Assembly: GCA_017940895.1 (NCBI GenBank) | Contig: JAGAXM010000020.1 | Coordinates: 788-64,787, forward strand | Origin: Clostridiales bacterium | GTDB lineage: Bacteria; Bacillota; Clostridia; Saccharofermentanales; Saccharofermentanaceae | Reading direction: 5' to 3' | DNA: 64,000 nucleotides | In this document: piece by piece, positions 40,201 through 49,484 of the stretch | Layout: each line of letters begins with the position of its first letter | Numbering within the stretch: position 1 is the first letter of the stretch | Notes under the pieces: model-generated | Databases searched by the model: none | Told to the model about the DNA's origin: nothing | Seen by the model: only the letters and a program-made list of their open reading frames with translations | Position numbers and translations under genes: made by a program

Positions 40201-40313
40201 CCAGAGACAAAACCAGTGACAGTTTTTGAATTTTGTCTCTGGCTTTGTCACTGAGCGCTCTGTAGAGACAAAAACAGTGACAAATCTCGATTTTTGTCAC
40301 TGGATTTGTCACT
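40201..40313. repeat. Two ~61-bp units built from CCAG(A/T)GACAAA half-sites and their complements
   Basis: Eight half-sites in an AA..A'A' pattern, visible directly. Confidence 0.75.
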
Positions 40314-40329
40314 GGGCAAGTAGAGATCC

Positions 40330-40540
40330 TTAATCCAGGTCGTTCTGGAAGCGGGACAAGTGCTCGAAAGGCATGATCTGCCTGCCTCGGAACAGGCCGC
40401 AGCCGTCGTTGATCAGTTGGTTGTTAAGAGCGGTGAACATATTGACGTCTACGGCACTTAACGTAATCCCTGTAGTCGGACTCGGGTGTGAAGCCGCGCT
40501 CTTTAAGGAAGTTCGGCATGATCTCGGCTATCTCATATAA
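40330..40540 (-). pseudogene. Frameshifted 3' remnant of a lost gene (possibly an asparagine synthase C-terminus)
   Basis: LYEIAEIMPNFLKERGFTPESDYRDYVK / one extra base / AVDVNMFTALNNQLINDGCGLFRGRQIMPFEHLSRFQNDLD*. Host-like codons, no start. Identity is from recollection only. Confidence 0.55.
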
Positions 40541-40618
40541 GATTGATTATACAAAATGAGCTCCCCGGCGAATAGGGAGCCCACTCTGTTGAGTTTATGA
40601 ATAACGGAAAGAGGTAAC

Positions 40619-42385
40619 TTATCCGTGATCCTGTAATGCTGCGAAGCCTGTCTCTCCGGTTCTGATACGTACGACGTTCTCAACGTTGTAGACGAAGATC
40701 TTACCGTCGCCGATGTGACCTGTGTACAGAACTTTCTTAGCTGTGTCGATAACAGTGTCTACAGGTACCTTGGATACGATGATATCCACTTTGATCTTAG
40801 GCAGCAGTGATGCCTCTACAGGTACACCTCTGTAGTACTCCTGACGACCCTTCTGTGCGCCGCAACCGAGTACGTGTGAAACTGTCATACCGGTTACGCC
40901 GACGCCCATGAGGGCTTTCTTGAGGGAGTCGAGCTTACTCTCTTTGCAGATGATCTCGACCTTTGTATACTTCTTGCCGTCTGCTGTAGGAGGTACGATA
41001 GTGGTAACGTTCGTAACTTCGACTGCGGACTCGACGGGAACCTCACCGACAACTGCGGGAGCCTCTACGTCAGCCATCTCAACGATAGCCTGAGGTCTCA
41101 TAGAGAAGCCGGCGTATGCTGCAGGGAGACCGTGCTCTGTAGGATCGAGACCTTCGATCTCTTCTTCACGTGATACACGGAGACCGTGAACCTTCTTGAT
41201 AACTGCGAATGTGATCGTCATAAGAACTGCTGTCCATGCAACGATAGATGTGATACCGAGGCACTGTACACCGAATACCTTAAGACCTGCGTTGAAATCT
41301 GATCCGTGGATCAAAGCGTAGATAGGACCGTCCACTCCGTAGGAGGATGTGCTTGTAGCGAAAAGACCGGCGCAGAGAGTACCTACGATACCGTTAGCGA
41401 GGTGAACGCCGCAGGCACCGACAGGGTCGTCGATGTGAAGCTTGAGGTCGAGCCACTCAACTACGAGAACTACCAGGATACCGGAGATAAGACCTTCAGC
41501 GAAAGCACCTGCTGCATCGATACAGTGGCAGCCGGCTGTTACGTTTACGAGACCTGCGAGGGAAGCGTTGATGCACATGGATACATCAGGCTTACCGTTC
41601 TTGAGCCAAGTGAAGATCATACATGTAACTGTAGCAACTGCAGGAGCGATTGTTGTTGTAAGGAAGATAGCAGCGAGCTGTGAACCGGAAGTTGCAGCCG
41701 CACCGTTGAATCCGTACCAGCCGAACCAGAGGATGAAGCATCCTAATGCTCCGATCGGGATGTTGTGACCCTGAATAGCGTTAACCTTGATGACCTTACC
41801 GGAATCGTCTCTTATATACTTACCGATACGGGGACCGACCATGATCGCACCGATGAGAGCGGCAACACCGCCGACTGTATGGATACAAGCAGAACCTGCG
41901 AAATCGATGAAGCCTAAGTTAGCAAGCCATCCTGCGGGGTTCCATGTCCAGCCTGCCTCGATAGGATATACGATGAGGGAGAGGACTGCGGAATAGATGC
42001 AGTAAGAGCTGAACTTTGTTCTCTCTGCCATAGCACCTGAAACGATAGTGGCTGCCGTGGCACAGAATACGAGGTTGAATACGAAGCTTGAAGCGTTGTT
42101 CTCCATAAAGCCCGTAAAGTCTGTGAAGATAGAGAGGTTCGGGATTCCGATGAATCCTGCGATCATATCTTCACCCATCATGAGACCGAAGCCCAAGAAG
42201 ATAAAACATACTGTTCCAATACAGAAGTCCATGAGGTTCTTCATGAGGATGTTACCTGCGTTCTTGGCGCGGCAGAAACCAGCTTCGAGCATTGCGAATC
42301 CGGCCTGCATGAAGAATACCAGCGCAGCTCCGATAAGGAACCAGATTCCGAAGACCTCCTGTGTGATTAATTCGGTGACATTCAT
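40619..42385 (-). CDS. amt: Ammonium transporter fused to a C-terminal P-II domain
   Basis: FMQAGFAMLEAG, DFAGS..IH, HIDDPV..VHL. P-II part: LGCGAQKG..YYRG, KIKVDI, TGHIGDGKIFV..RIRTGE. RBS AGGAGG before ATG 42385. Confidence 0.95.
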   Translation of the reverse strand: MNVTELITQEVFGIWFLIGAALVFFMQAGFAMLEAGFCRAKNAGNILMKNLMDFCIGTVCFIFLGFGLMMGEDMIAGFIGIPNLSIFTDFTGFMENNASSFVFNLVFCATAATIVSGAMAERTKFSSYCIYSAVLSLIVYPIEAGWTWNPAGWLANLGFIDFAGSACIHTVGGVAALIGAIMVGPRIGKYIRDDSGKVIKVNAIQGHNIPIGALGCFILWFGWYGFNGAAATSGSQLAAIFLTTTIAPAVATVTCMIFTWLKNGKPDVSMCINASLAGLVNVTAGCHCIDAAGAFAEGLISGILVVLVVEWLDLKLHIDDPVGACGVHLANGIVGTLCAGLFATSTSSYGVDGPIYALIHGSDFNAGLKVFGVQCLGITSIVAWTAVLMTITFAVIKKVHGLRVSREEEIEGLDPTEHGLPAAYAGFSMRPQAIVEMADVEAPAVVGEVPVESAVEVTNVTTIVPPTADGKKYTKVEIICKESKLDSLKKALMGVGVTGMTVSHVLGCGAQKGRQEYYRGVPVEASLLPKIKVDIIVSKVPVDTVIDTAKKVLYTGHIGDGKIFVYNVENVVRIRTGETGFAALQDHG

Positions 42386-42419
42386 AATGTGCACCCTCCT
42401 TCTCGAAAAATTTTTGTAG

Positions 42420-42464
42420 AAAAACAGCCCGTCCTCTTATCAAGGGAACGGGCTGCCATAGACC
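42420..42464 (-). terminator. Terminator/attenuator between glnN and amt
   Basis: CAGCCCGTTCCCTT-GATA-AGAGGACGGGCTG followed by TTTTT (minus strand), preceded by GGTC-TATGGC-AGCC. Confidence 0.8.
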
Positions 42465-42482
42465 GTGAATTGTATGTGCGGT

Positions 42483-44546
42483 TTATCTTACTGCGAACAG
42501 AAGATCTCCGTATGTAGGGAATGGCCAGTATTCTGCTGCTGTCTCTTCCTCGAGCTTATCGCATGATGCGCGAAGCTCTGTCATGTCCTTGATGATCTCA
42601 TCCTTGAAGAAGTCAGCCTTCTCTACGAGGTCTTCGATCTCATCGGACTTCTCAACGGCTGCCTTCAAAGCCTTGTAGGAACCGTATGCGTTTGTAAGAT
42701 CTGCCGTGATCTCGTCGAGTGTTTCTTTAGCGAATACGTTCTCTGTGCTTGATGCAAGCTCTGAAGAATAGGCGTTGACTGCAGGGAGGATATCCTGCTT
42801 TGCCATCTCGAGCATTGTCTTTGCTTCGATGTCGATAAGCTTGGTGTACTTCTCGAGGAATACTTCGTGTCTGGACTGCATCTCGATCTCGGAGTAAACC
42901 TTGTGTGAAGTGAAGAGAGCAACGTTCTTCTCATCCATATAGTGCTTAACTGCATCAGGCAGTGTGCGCAGGTTGGAAAGACCTCTCTTCTCAGCTTCTT
43001 CGATCCATGCATCGTCGTAACCGTTACCGTTGAAGATGATTCTCTGGTGAGCTGTGATCTCTTCCTTGATCAGATCGTGAAGGGCAGTTGTGAAATCAGA
43101 TGCGCCCTCGAGCTTATCGGCGAACTGCTTTAAGGACTCTGCTACAGCTGTGTTAAGAACTGTGTTGGGAAGAGCAACGGATGCTGCGGAACCTAACATT
43201 CTGAACTCGAACTTGTTGCCTGTGAAAGCGAACGGTGAAGTTCTGTTTCTGTCTGTAGTGTCCTTAGGGAACTTAGGAAGTACGTGTACGCCTACCTTGA
43301 GAAGTTCCTTCTCCTTAGCACCGTAAGGCTCATCCTTTACGATAGCCTCGAGGATCTCTGTGAGCTCGGATCCCAAGAAGATGGAGATTACAGCCGGAGG
43401 AGCTTCGTTAGCACCGAGTCTGTGGTCGTTACCTGCGGATGCTACTGAGATACGGAGCATATCCTGATAATCGTCTACAGCCTTGATAACTGCTGTGAGC
43501 ATGAGGAGGAACTGAGCGTTCTCATAAGGTGTCTCACCGGGCTCAAGGAGGTTAGCGCCTGTATCTGTGCTCATGGACCAGTTGTTGTGCTTACCGGAAC
43601 CGTTAACACCTGCGAAAGGCTTTTCGTGCAGGAGACAGACGAGGCCGTGCTTCTGTGCTACCTTCTTCATGATCTCCATTGTTAACTGGTTGTGATCTGT
43701 AGCTATATTAGTTGTAGTAAAGATAGGTGCGAGCTCGTGCTGTGAAGGTGCAACTTCGTTATGCTCTGTTGTAGCGAGGATTCCGAGCTTCCACAACTCA
43801 TCGTTAAGATCCTTCATGAAAGCCTGTACGCGGGGCTTGATGGCACCGAAGTAGTGATCTTCCATCTGCTGACCCTTCGGAGGAACCGCACCGAAAAGTG
43901 TTCTTCCTGTATAGATAAGGTCTCTTCTTGCGTTGTATCCCTTCTCATCGATGAGGAAGTACTCCTGCTCGGGACCTACTGTTGTCTTAACACTTGATAC
44001 GTCCTCGTTGCCGAAGAGCTTCAGAACTCTCATTGCCTGCTTGTTCAAAGCTTCCATGGAACGGAGAAGAGGAATCTTCTTGTCGAGAGCCTCACCGCCG
44101 TAAGAGCAGAATGCTGTAGGGATGCACAGGACTCCTTCCTTGATGAAAGCGTAGGATGTAGGATCCCATGCTGTATAGCCTCTTGCTTCGAATGTTGCAC
44201 GAAGACCGCCGGAAGGGAAGGAAGAAGCATCAGGCTCGCCCTGTGTAAGAGCCTTGCCAGAGAATCTCAGGATGATGTTGCCGTCATCTGTGGGATTAAC
44301 AAAGCTGTCGTGCTTCTCTGATGTGTAACCTGTCATAGGCTGGAACCAGTGGGTATAGTGTGTAGCACCCTTCTCGATAGCCCACTGCTTCATCTCGTTA
44401 GCGACAACGGAAGCTGCTTCGTCTGAAAGTCTCTTACCGTTATCGATGGCGGCCTTGACTTCCTTGAAAGTCTCCTTAGGCAGGCGTGCCTTCATGACGC
44501 TCAAACTGAATACATTCTCGCCGAAGATCTCAGATGTGTCTTTCAT
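42483..44546 (-). CDS. glnN: Glutamine synthetase type III
   Basis: [97 protein letters not shown]; start 44546 or 44552. Confidence 0.96.
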   Translation of the reverse strand: MKDTSEIFGENVFSLSVMKARLPKETFKEVKAAIDNGKRLSDEAASVVANEMKQWAIEKGATHYTHWFQPMTGYTSEKHDSFVNPTDDGNIILRFSGKALTQGEPDASSFPSGGLRATFEARGYTAWDPTSYAFIKEGVLCIPTAFCSYGGEALDKKIPLLRSMEALNKQAMRVLKLFGNEDVSSVKTTVGPEQEYFLIDEKGYNARRDLIYTGRTLFGAVPPKGQQMEDHYFGAIKPRVQAFMKDLNDELWKLGILATTEHNEVAPSQHELAPIFTTTNIATDHNQLTMEIMKKVAQKHGLVCLLHEKPFAGVNGSGKHNNWSMSTDTGANLLEPGETPYENAQFLLMLTAVIKAVDDYQDMLRISVASAGNDHRLGANEAPPAVISIFLGSELTEILEAIVKDEPYGAKEKELLKVGVHVLPKFPKDTTDRNRTSPFAFTGNKFEFRMLGSAASVALPNTVLNTAVAESLKQFADKLEGASDFTTALHDLIKEEITAHQRIIFNGNGYDDAWIEEAEKRGLSNLRTLPDAVKHYMDEKNVALFTSHKVYSEIEMQSRHEVFLEKYTKLIDIEAKTMLEMAKQDILPAVNAYSSELASSTENVFAKETLDEITADLTNAYGSYKALKAAVEKSDEIEDLVEKADFFKDEIIKDMTELRASCDKLEEETAAEYWPFPTYGDLLFAVR

Positions 44547-44614
44547 GTTCATAAACTCCTTGTCATTAGTTTTTGAATTAATCGAACGGCTAACTTGCAT
44601 TTTTGACTTTGTGC

Positions 44615-44709
44615 AAAAGAAAAGGCACCGAGGGTGTAAACCTTCGGCGCCTTTGCCTGTATCAATCATTTTCGACTGTGATGATAACCCTCTGCTAACC
44701 GCTTGTCAA
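44615..44709 (-). promoter_or_regulatory. glnN promoter plus ANTAR-type attenuator
   Basis: TTGACA(44709-44704)-17 bp-TATCAT. Hairpin GGC-AAAGGC-GCC (44657-44646) overlaps terminator AAAGGCGCCGAAGG/CCCTCGGTGCCTTTT. Confidence 0.85.
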
Positions 44710-44733
44710 GAGAAAATTTGCAAGAAGTTGCGA

Positions 44734-44830
44734 TTGACAATTCATAATCCGGAATGTTATCTTTTTTAAGAACAAAGGCGTTCATTCGGGTAAAAACCAA
44801 TCTGCCCGAATGGGCGCGTTTACTTTTTTG
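44734..44830 (+). promoter_or_regulatory. Promoter plus ANTAR-type attenuator of the glnA-like/ANTAR/pyrG operon
   Basis: TTGACA-18 bp-(TGn)TATCTT. Hairpin GAAC-AAAGGC-GTTC (44770-44783) overlaps stem GCGTTCATTCGGGTA/TGCCCGAATGGGCGC with a downstream T-run. Confidence 0.75.
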
Positions 44831-44862
44831 AGACGAAATCAATAACGTCAACGGAGGCAAAT

Positions 44863-46071
44863 ATGAATTGTTCTATTGATGAGTTCATGCAGTATATCGA
44901 AGAGGAGGACATCAAGTTCATAAGACTTCTGTTCTGTGATGTCTTCGGTAACCCCAAGAACATCTCCGCGATGCCGTCATATATCGAGAGAGCGTTTAAT
45001 GAAGGCGTCGGTATCAACCCCATGGGTATCGACGGATTCAAGGAAGAATCCAGATCGGAAGTCTTCCTTCATCCGGAGCCTGATACGGCGGCGCTCCTTC
45101 CTTGGAGACCTGATTCGGGAAGAGTCGTAAGACTGTTCTGTGATCTTAAATATCAGGACGGAACTCCTTTCGCAGCGGATACGAGAAATATCTTGAGAAA
45201 TGCAGTAAAGAAGGCTGCGCAAGAAGGAATTAAATTCACGATCGGCACTCGTATAGAGTTCTATCTTTTCAAGACGGACGAAGACGGCGAGCCTACGAAG
45301 GTTCCTTTCGACAAGGCGGGATATATGGATATCGCTCCTCTTGATAAGGGCGCGAACGTAAGAAGAGAGATCTGCCTTACGCTCGAACGCATGGGCATCC
45401 AGCCTTTCAATTCTCATCACGAAGCAGGTCCCGGACAGAACGAGATCGACTTCGTGTCGGCTGACCCCGTTAAGGCTGCCGACGATGTTGTTACTTATAT
45501 CTCTGTTGTTAAGACCATCGCTGCGCGTAACGGTCTTTATGCAGATTTCTCACCCAAGCCCCTGTCGGGACTTCCGGGTAACGGATTCCATGTAAATATC
45601 AGTGCGAGCCGCGACGGCGATACATCGGTTATGCCTTCCGTTATCGAGGGCATTATGCAGAAGATCTACGACATGACGATCTTCCTTAACCGCTGCGAAG
45701 ACTCGTATCAGAGAATCGGGAAGGGCGATGCGCCCAGATTTATATCGTGGTCCGGCGGCAACTTCGGACAGCTTGTCCGCGTACCCCAAAGCTCCGGTCA
45801 CCACTATGCTCAACTGCGTTCCCCTGACGCGTTCAGCAATCCGTATCTGACGTTCGCCCTTCTCATTTATGCAGGTCTGTACGGTATTAAGAATAACCTC
45901 GAGCTGCGTGCTCCGGTTGATCAGGATCTTACTTACATACCGTCGAATGTGGGAGACTTCAAGATGCTCCCGAGAACGATAGACGAGGCGAAAGAAGCGG
46001 CTAAGAGCAGCGACTTCCTTAAGGAGTATCTGCCCGAGTCAATCATAGAGGCGTACTGTGCGCAGGGATAA
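44863..46071 (+). CDS. Glutamine synthetase type I homologue, probably catalytically degenerate
   Basis: GS-I fold motifs (IRLLFCDVFG, HHEAGPGQNEIDF, PKP, NPYL) but GTRIEF, NFGQLVR and YAQLRS replace GPEPEF, NRSPLIR and RVEVRS; C-terminus is short. Confidence 0.85.
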   Translation: MNCSIDEFMQYIEEEDIKFIRLLFCDVFGNPKNISAMPSYIERAFNEGVGINPMGIDGFKEESRSEVFLHPEPDTAALLPWRPDSGRVVRLFCDLKYQDGTPFAADTRNILRNAVKKAAQEGIKFTIGTRIEFYLFKTDEDGEPTKVPFDKAGYMDIAPLDKGANVRREICLTLERMGIQPFNSHHEAGPGQNEIDFVSADPVKAADDVVTYISVVKTIAARNGLYADFSPKPLSGLPGNGFHVNISASRDGDTSVMPSVIEGIMQKIYDMTIFLNRCEDSYQRIGKGDAPRFISWSGGNFGQLVRVPQSSGHHYAQLRSPDAFSNPYLTFALLIYAGLYGIKNNLELRAPVDQDLTYIPSNVGDFKMLPRTIDEAKEAAKSSDFLKEYLPESIIEAYCAQG

Positions 46072-46645
46072 TGCATATTCTGTATTATTAGTATCGAGCA
46101 ATGAGAAGATGACCTCTTCTTTATCGGTATTTCTGTCCCGCGAAGACTACGGTCCCGTGGTTACTTCTGAGTCTGTCTCTGCGGCCAGAAGACTCGTGTC
46201 CCAGCGCGACTTCGATATCGTCATAATCAACACACCTTTGAAGGATGAGATCGGTATTAATTTCGCGATAGAGATCGCGGATTCATCGTCAAGTTCGGTC
46301 ATGCTTCTTGTTAAGGCCGATATGTTCGACGAGGTCTCGTATAAGATGCAGGACTGCGGAGTGTTCACGCTCGCGAAGCCTGTCAATTCCACTGTGCTCG
46401 GCTACTCGATGAAGATGATGTGCTCTACTCGTGAGAGGCTTCTTCGCATGGAGCAGAAGCAGAAGACATTCGAGGAGAAACTCGAGGAGATCAAGATCGT
46501 TAACCGCGCTAAGATCATACTCGTGGAGAACCTGTCGATGTCTGAAGAAGAGGCACATAAGTTTATAGAGAAGAACGCGATGAACGAGCGCAAGAGCAAG
46601 GTGTTCATCGCGAAGAAGATAATAAGCGAATATAAAAAACCATAA
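46058..46645 (+). CDS. Pseudo-receiver + ANTAR antitermination regulator (NitR/NasT/AmiR-like)
   Basis: C-terminal IVNRAKIILVENLSMSEEEAHKFIEKNAMNERK is ANTAR. The receiver has LLVSS and IIN in place of DD and the phospho-Asp. GTG start overlaps the upstream gene. Confidence 0.9.
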   Translation: MRRDNAYSVLLVSSNEKMTSSLSVFLSREDYGPVVTSESVSAARRLVSQRDFDIVIINTPLKDEIGINFAIEIADSSSSSVMLLVKADMFDEVSYKMQDCGVFTLAKPVNSTVLGYSMKMMCSTRERLLRMEQKQKTFEEKLEEIKIVNRAKIILVENLSMSEEEAHKFIEKNAMNERKSKVFIAKKIISEYKKP

Positions 46646-46670
46646 GTCTTAGAGGCGATCGGAGGAACAT

Positions 46671-48269
46671 ATGACCAAATACATTTTCGTTACGGGAGGA
46701 GTCGTGTCGGGTCTCGGTAAAGGGATAACCGCCGCTTCTCTCGGAAGACTTCTTAAGATGCGCGGATTCAAGGTCGCGGCGCAGAAGCTCGACCCGTATA
46801 TCAACGTGGATCCCGGTACGATGAGCCCTTATCAGCACGGCGAGGTTTACGTTACCGAGGACGGCTGCGAGACTGACCTGGATCTCGGTCACTACGAGAG
46901 ATTCATCGATGAGGACTTAAACCGCTTCTCGAACATCACCACGGGTAAGGTGTACTCGAATGTCATCTCCAAGGAGCGAAAAGGTGAGTACCTGGGTAAG
47001 ACGGTTCAGATCATTCCTCATATTACTGATGAGATTAAACAGTTCATTTATAACGTAGGTAAGACTTCCGATGCGGATATCGTAATTACCGAGGTCGGAG
47101 GCACGATCGGTGATATCGAGTCCCAGCCTTTCATCGAGGCGATCCGTCAGGTCGGTAATGAGGTGGGTCCGCATGATTCTTTGTATGTGCATGTTACTTT
47201 ATTGCCTTACCTCAAGGCTTCGGGCGAGCACAAGTCCAAGCCTACACAGCACTCCGTTAAGGAACTGCAGGGAATGGGAATATCGCCTGATATTATTGTG
47301 CTTCGTACCGACGAGCCGATCGAGGATAAGTCGATCATCAGTAAGATCGCTAACTTCTGTAATGTTAAGGAAGACTGCGTCATCGAGAACCAGACTCTGC
47401 CGATTCTTTATGAGGCTCCGCTGATGCTCGAGAAGGCAGGTCTGTCGAATGCGGTTCTTCGTAAGCTCGGCATCTTCTGCGGTCATCCGGATCTGGGCGA
47501 GTGGAAGAAGGTTATCGAGAATATCCGTAACCGTGAAGGCCATGTGAAGATCGGTCTGATCGGTAAGTATACACAGCTTCATGACGCATATCTGTCAGTT
47601 GCCGAGGCGCTCCGTCACGCAGGTTATGAGGAGCGTGTTTATGTTGATATCGACTGGATCGATTCCGAGACTATAACTGCTGATAATGTTGCTTCTATAC
47701 TCGGTAAGCTCGACGGAGTCATCGTGCCCGGCGGATTCGGTAACCGCGGTATCGAGGGTATGGTACAGACTGCCAAGTACTGTAGAGAGAATAATGTTCC
47801 TTATCTCGGTATCTGTCTCGGTATGCAGATCACGGTTATCGAGGCTGCACGTTCGTTGCTTGGGTTAACTGATGCGAATTCCGGTGAGTTCGATGCGAAG
47901 TGCGCACATAAGGTCATCGACTTCATGCCCGGCCAGAATGATGAGATCGAGAAGGGCGGTACACTCCGTCTCGGAAGTTACCCTTGTTCAGTAGTTGCAG
48001 GTACTAAGCTTGAAGAGCTCTACGGCGAGTCCGAGATCCGTGAGAGACACAGACACCGCTATGAGTACAACAACGACTACCGTGAGGACCTCGAGAAGGC
48101 AGGTCTTAAGATCTCCGGTCTGTCACCTGACGGAAGACTTGTCGAGACAGTCGAGTTCGAGAAGAATGACTTCTATGTAGGTGTTCAGTTCCACCCCGAG
48201 TTCAAGAGCCGTCCGAACAAGCCTCATCCTTTATTCCTGGGGCTTATCAGGGCTTCAATGAAGAAATGA
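46671..48269 (+). CDS. pyrG: CTP synthase
   Basis: [54 protein letters not shown]. Confidence 0.98.
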   Translation: MTKYIFVTGGVVSGLGKGITAASLGRLLKMRGFKVAAQKLDPYINVDPGTMSPYQHGEVYVTEDGCETDLDLGHYERFIDEDLNRFSNITTGKVYSNVISKERKGEYLGKTVQIIPHITDEIKQFIYNVGKTSDADIVITEVGGTIGDIESQPFIEAIRQVGNEVGPHDSLYVHVTLLPYLKASGEHKSKPTQHSVKELQGMGISPDIIVLRTDEPIEDKSIISKIANFCNVKEDCVIENQTLPILYEAPLMLEKAGLSNAVLRKLGIFCGHPDLGEWKKVIENIRNREGHVKIGLIGKYTQLHDAYLSVAEALRHAGYEERVYVDIDWIDSETITADNVASILGKLDGVIVPGGFGNRGIEGMVQTAKYCRENNVPYLGICLGMQITVIEAARSLLGLTDANSGEFDAKCAHKVIDFMPGQNDEIEKGGTLRLGSYPCSVVAGTKLEELYGESEIRERHRHRYEYNNDYREDLEKAGLKISGLSPDGRLVETVEFEKNDFYVGVQFHPEFKSRPNKPHPLFLGLIRASMKK

Positions 48270-48289
48270 TTCTGTTTTATTCTTTGCAA

Positions 48290-48323
48290 TGTAAAAGGGC
48301 TGTCGGTCGACAGTCCTTTTTAC
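48290..48323. terminator. Bidirectional terminator
   Basis: TGTAAAAGGGCTGTC-GGTC-GACAGTCCTTTTTACA. Confidence 0.8.
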
Positions 48324-48362
48324 ATTGGAATGGAGTAGTTTATGAAGATGATCAACAAGTGA

Positions 48363-49190
48363 TCAGTCGTAAATACCGTAGAAGGCACAGAGGTTATTCC
48401 AAGCCTGGAGACCTGAGAAAGTCTCTACGAGCTGTGCTCTTGTTGTGCCGTTGTTAAGTGCGTTAACCCAGTTGTTAAGTCCTGCTGTATCAGCGCTTCT
48501 GTCGAGGAATGCGTTGTACAGAACCTTTACGAACTGCTCATTAGTGAGGTTTCTGTTATTGAACTCGGAGCAGTTAAGAAGACTGTTGATAACATCGTTA
48601 GCTGTCATTGTGCCGTTGATGATGCCGTCTGTGTATGTCTTGGAGCTCTGTGCATCAGCGTGTCTTCCGAGAATGTCCATATAAAGTCTGTCAACGAAGT
48701 TCTCGACAACCTTTGCTCTGATCATGTAACCGGGAAGATTACGGTTCGAAGAGTAGATAGAAGCTACCGTGTTTGCCGTATCTGCAGATACACCGTTAAC
48801 TCCGCTCTGGTTAGCTGCTGCTGTGCCCATTACGTGATGAGGAGCTGCTGATGTGTCAGCCTGACGGCCTTCCATGTAAGCTTCTGCAACCTCAAGCTGA
48901 ATTCTTAAGTTGGAGATCGCTGTTACGTGAGCGTCTGCTGAGTTAGTTCCGATTACGGGATAAGCCTGTGATCTGGATGTGTCGAGTGCTACGTAGATGT
49001 CGTTGGGAAGTTCATCACCGTAGGTTGCCAGGAATGCGCTTGCATCATCGTAGTATGCTGCGAGGTCTGCCTTTGTCTGGTCGTTTGCTGCCTCGTCTGC
49101 TCTGGATGACATTGCCGTCATGGGAATGAGCAGTGCGATGAGTGCTACTGTCAGTGCGATAGTTGTTGTAAATCTTGTTGTCTTTTTCAT
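48363..49190 (-). CDS. Secreted DUF4214-domain (surface) protein
   Basis: Signal peptide MKKTTRF..AMSSRA; FVDRLYMDILGRHAD, FVKVLYNAFLDRSADTAGLNNWV; RBS AGGAGG. Confidence 0.85.
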   Translation of the reverse strand: MKKTTRFTTTIALTVALIALLIPMTAMSSRADEAANDQTKADLAAYYDDASAFLATYGDELPNDIYVALDTSRSQAYPVIGTNSADAHVTAISNLRIQLEVAEAYMEGRQADTSAAPHHVMGTAAANQSGVNGVSADTANTVASIYSSNRNLPGYMIRAKVVENFVDRLYMDILGRHADAQSSKTYTDGIINGTMTANDVINSLLNCSEFNNRNLTNEQFVKVLYNAFLDRSADTAGLNNWVNALNNGTTRAQLVETFSGLQAWNNLCAFYGIYD

Positions 49191-49484
49191 TTTGCCTTCC
49201 TCCTTGAGTCTTTGCTCGTTTGTTATGGCTCTATTAAACCGTGCTTTCGGGGGCAAACCAATGATTAATGCGGGACCCGAATGTCGCTTATCCGACACTT
49301 TAGGCTGCGTGTGTTGCTTTTCGAGGAGGAAATTCAAGAAAGTGTTCCCGAAAAAGTCGTTTTCAAACGTAAAATTATGGAATTTTGAAACGTAAATTAT
49401 GATAATATCGCTGTGCGGTGACACGGCGATCAGGACACTGTCGCCCGACGAGTACACACTTGCGAATTGACAGGAGGTAAGCGT

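Noticed and set aside
40619-42385. Amt-P-II fusion as a novelty
   Set aside because: Such fusions are already known in Firmicutes; kept as a feature only.
44547-44669. ORF-track N-terminal extensions of glnN (and similarly gltB, the DUF4214 gene, yccF and the S41 gene)
   Set aside because: The extensions run through promoters, attenuators or upstream genes; downstream ATGs have the proper RBS.
49249-49285. c-di-GMP-I riboswitch-like string GGGCAAACCAAT..GGGAC on the + strand
   Set aside because: It lacks the GAAA tetraloop and the GCAAA junction, and it is antisense to the nearest gene's leader.
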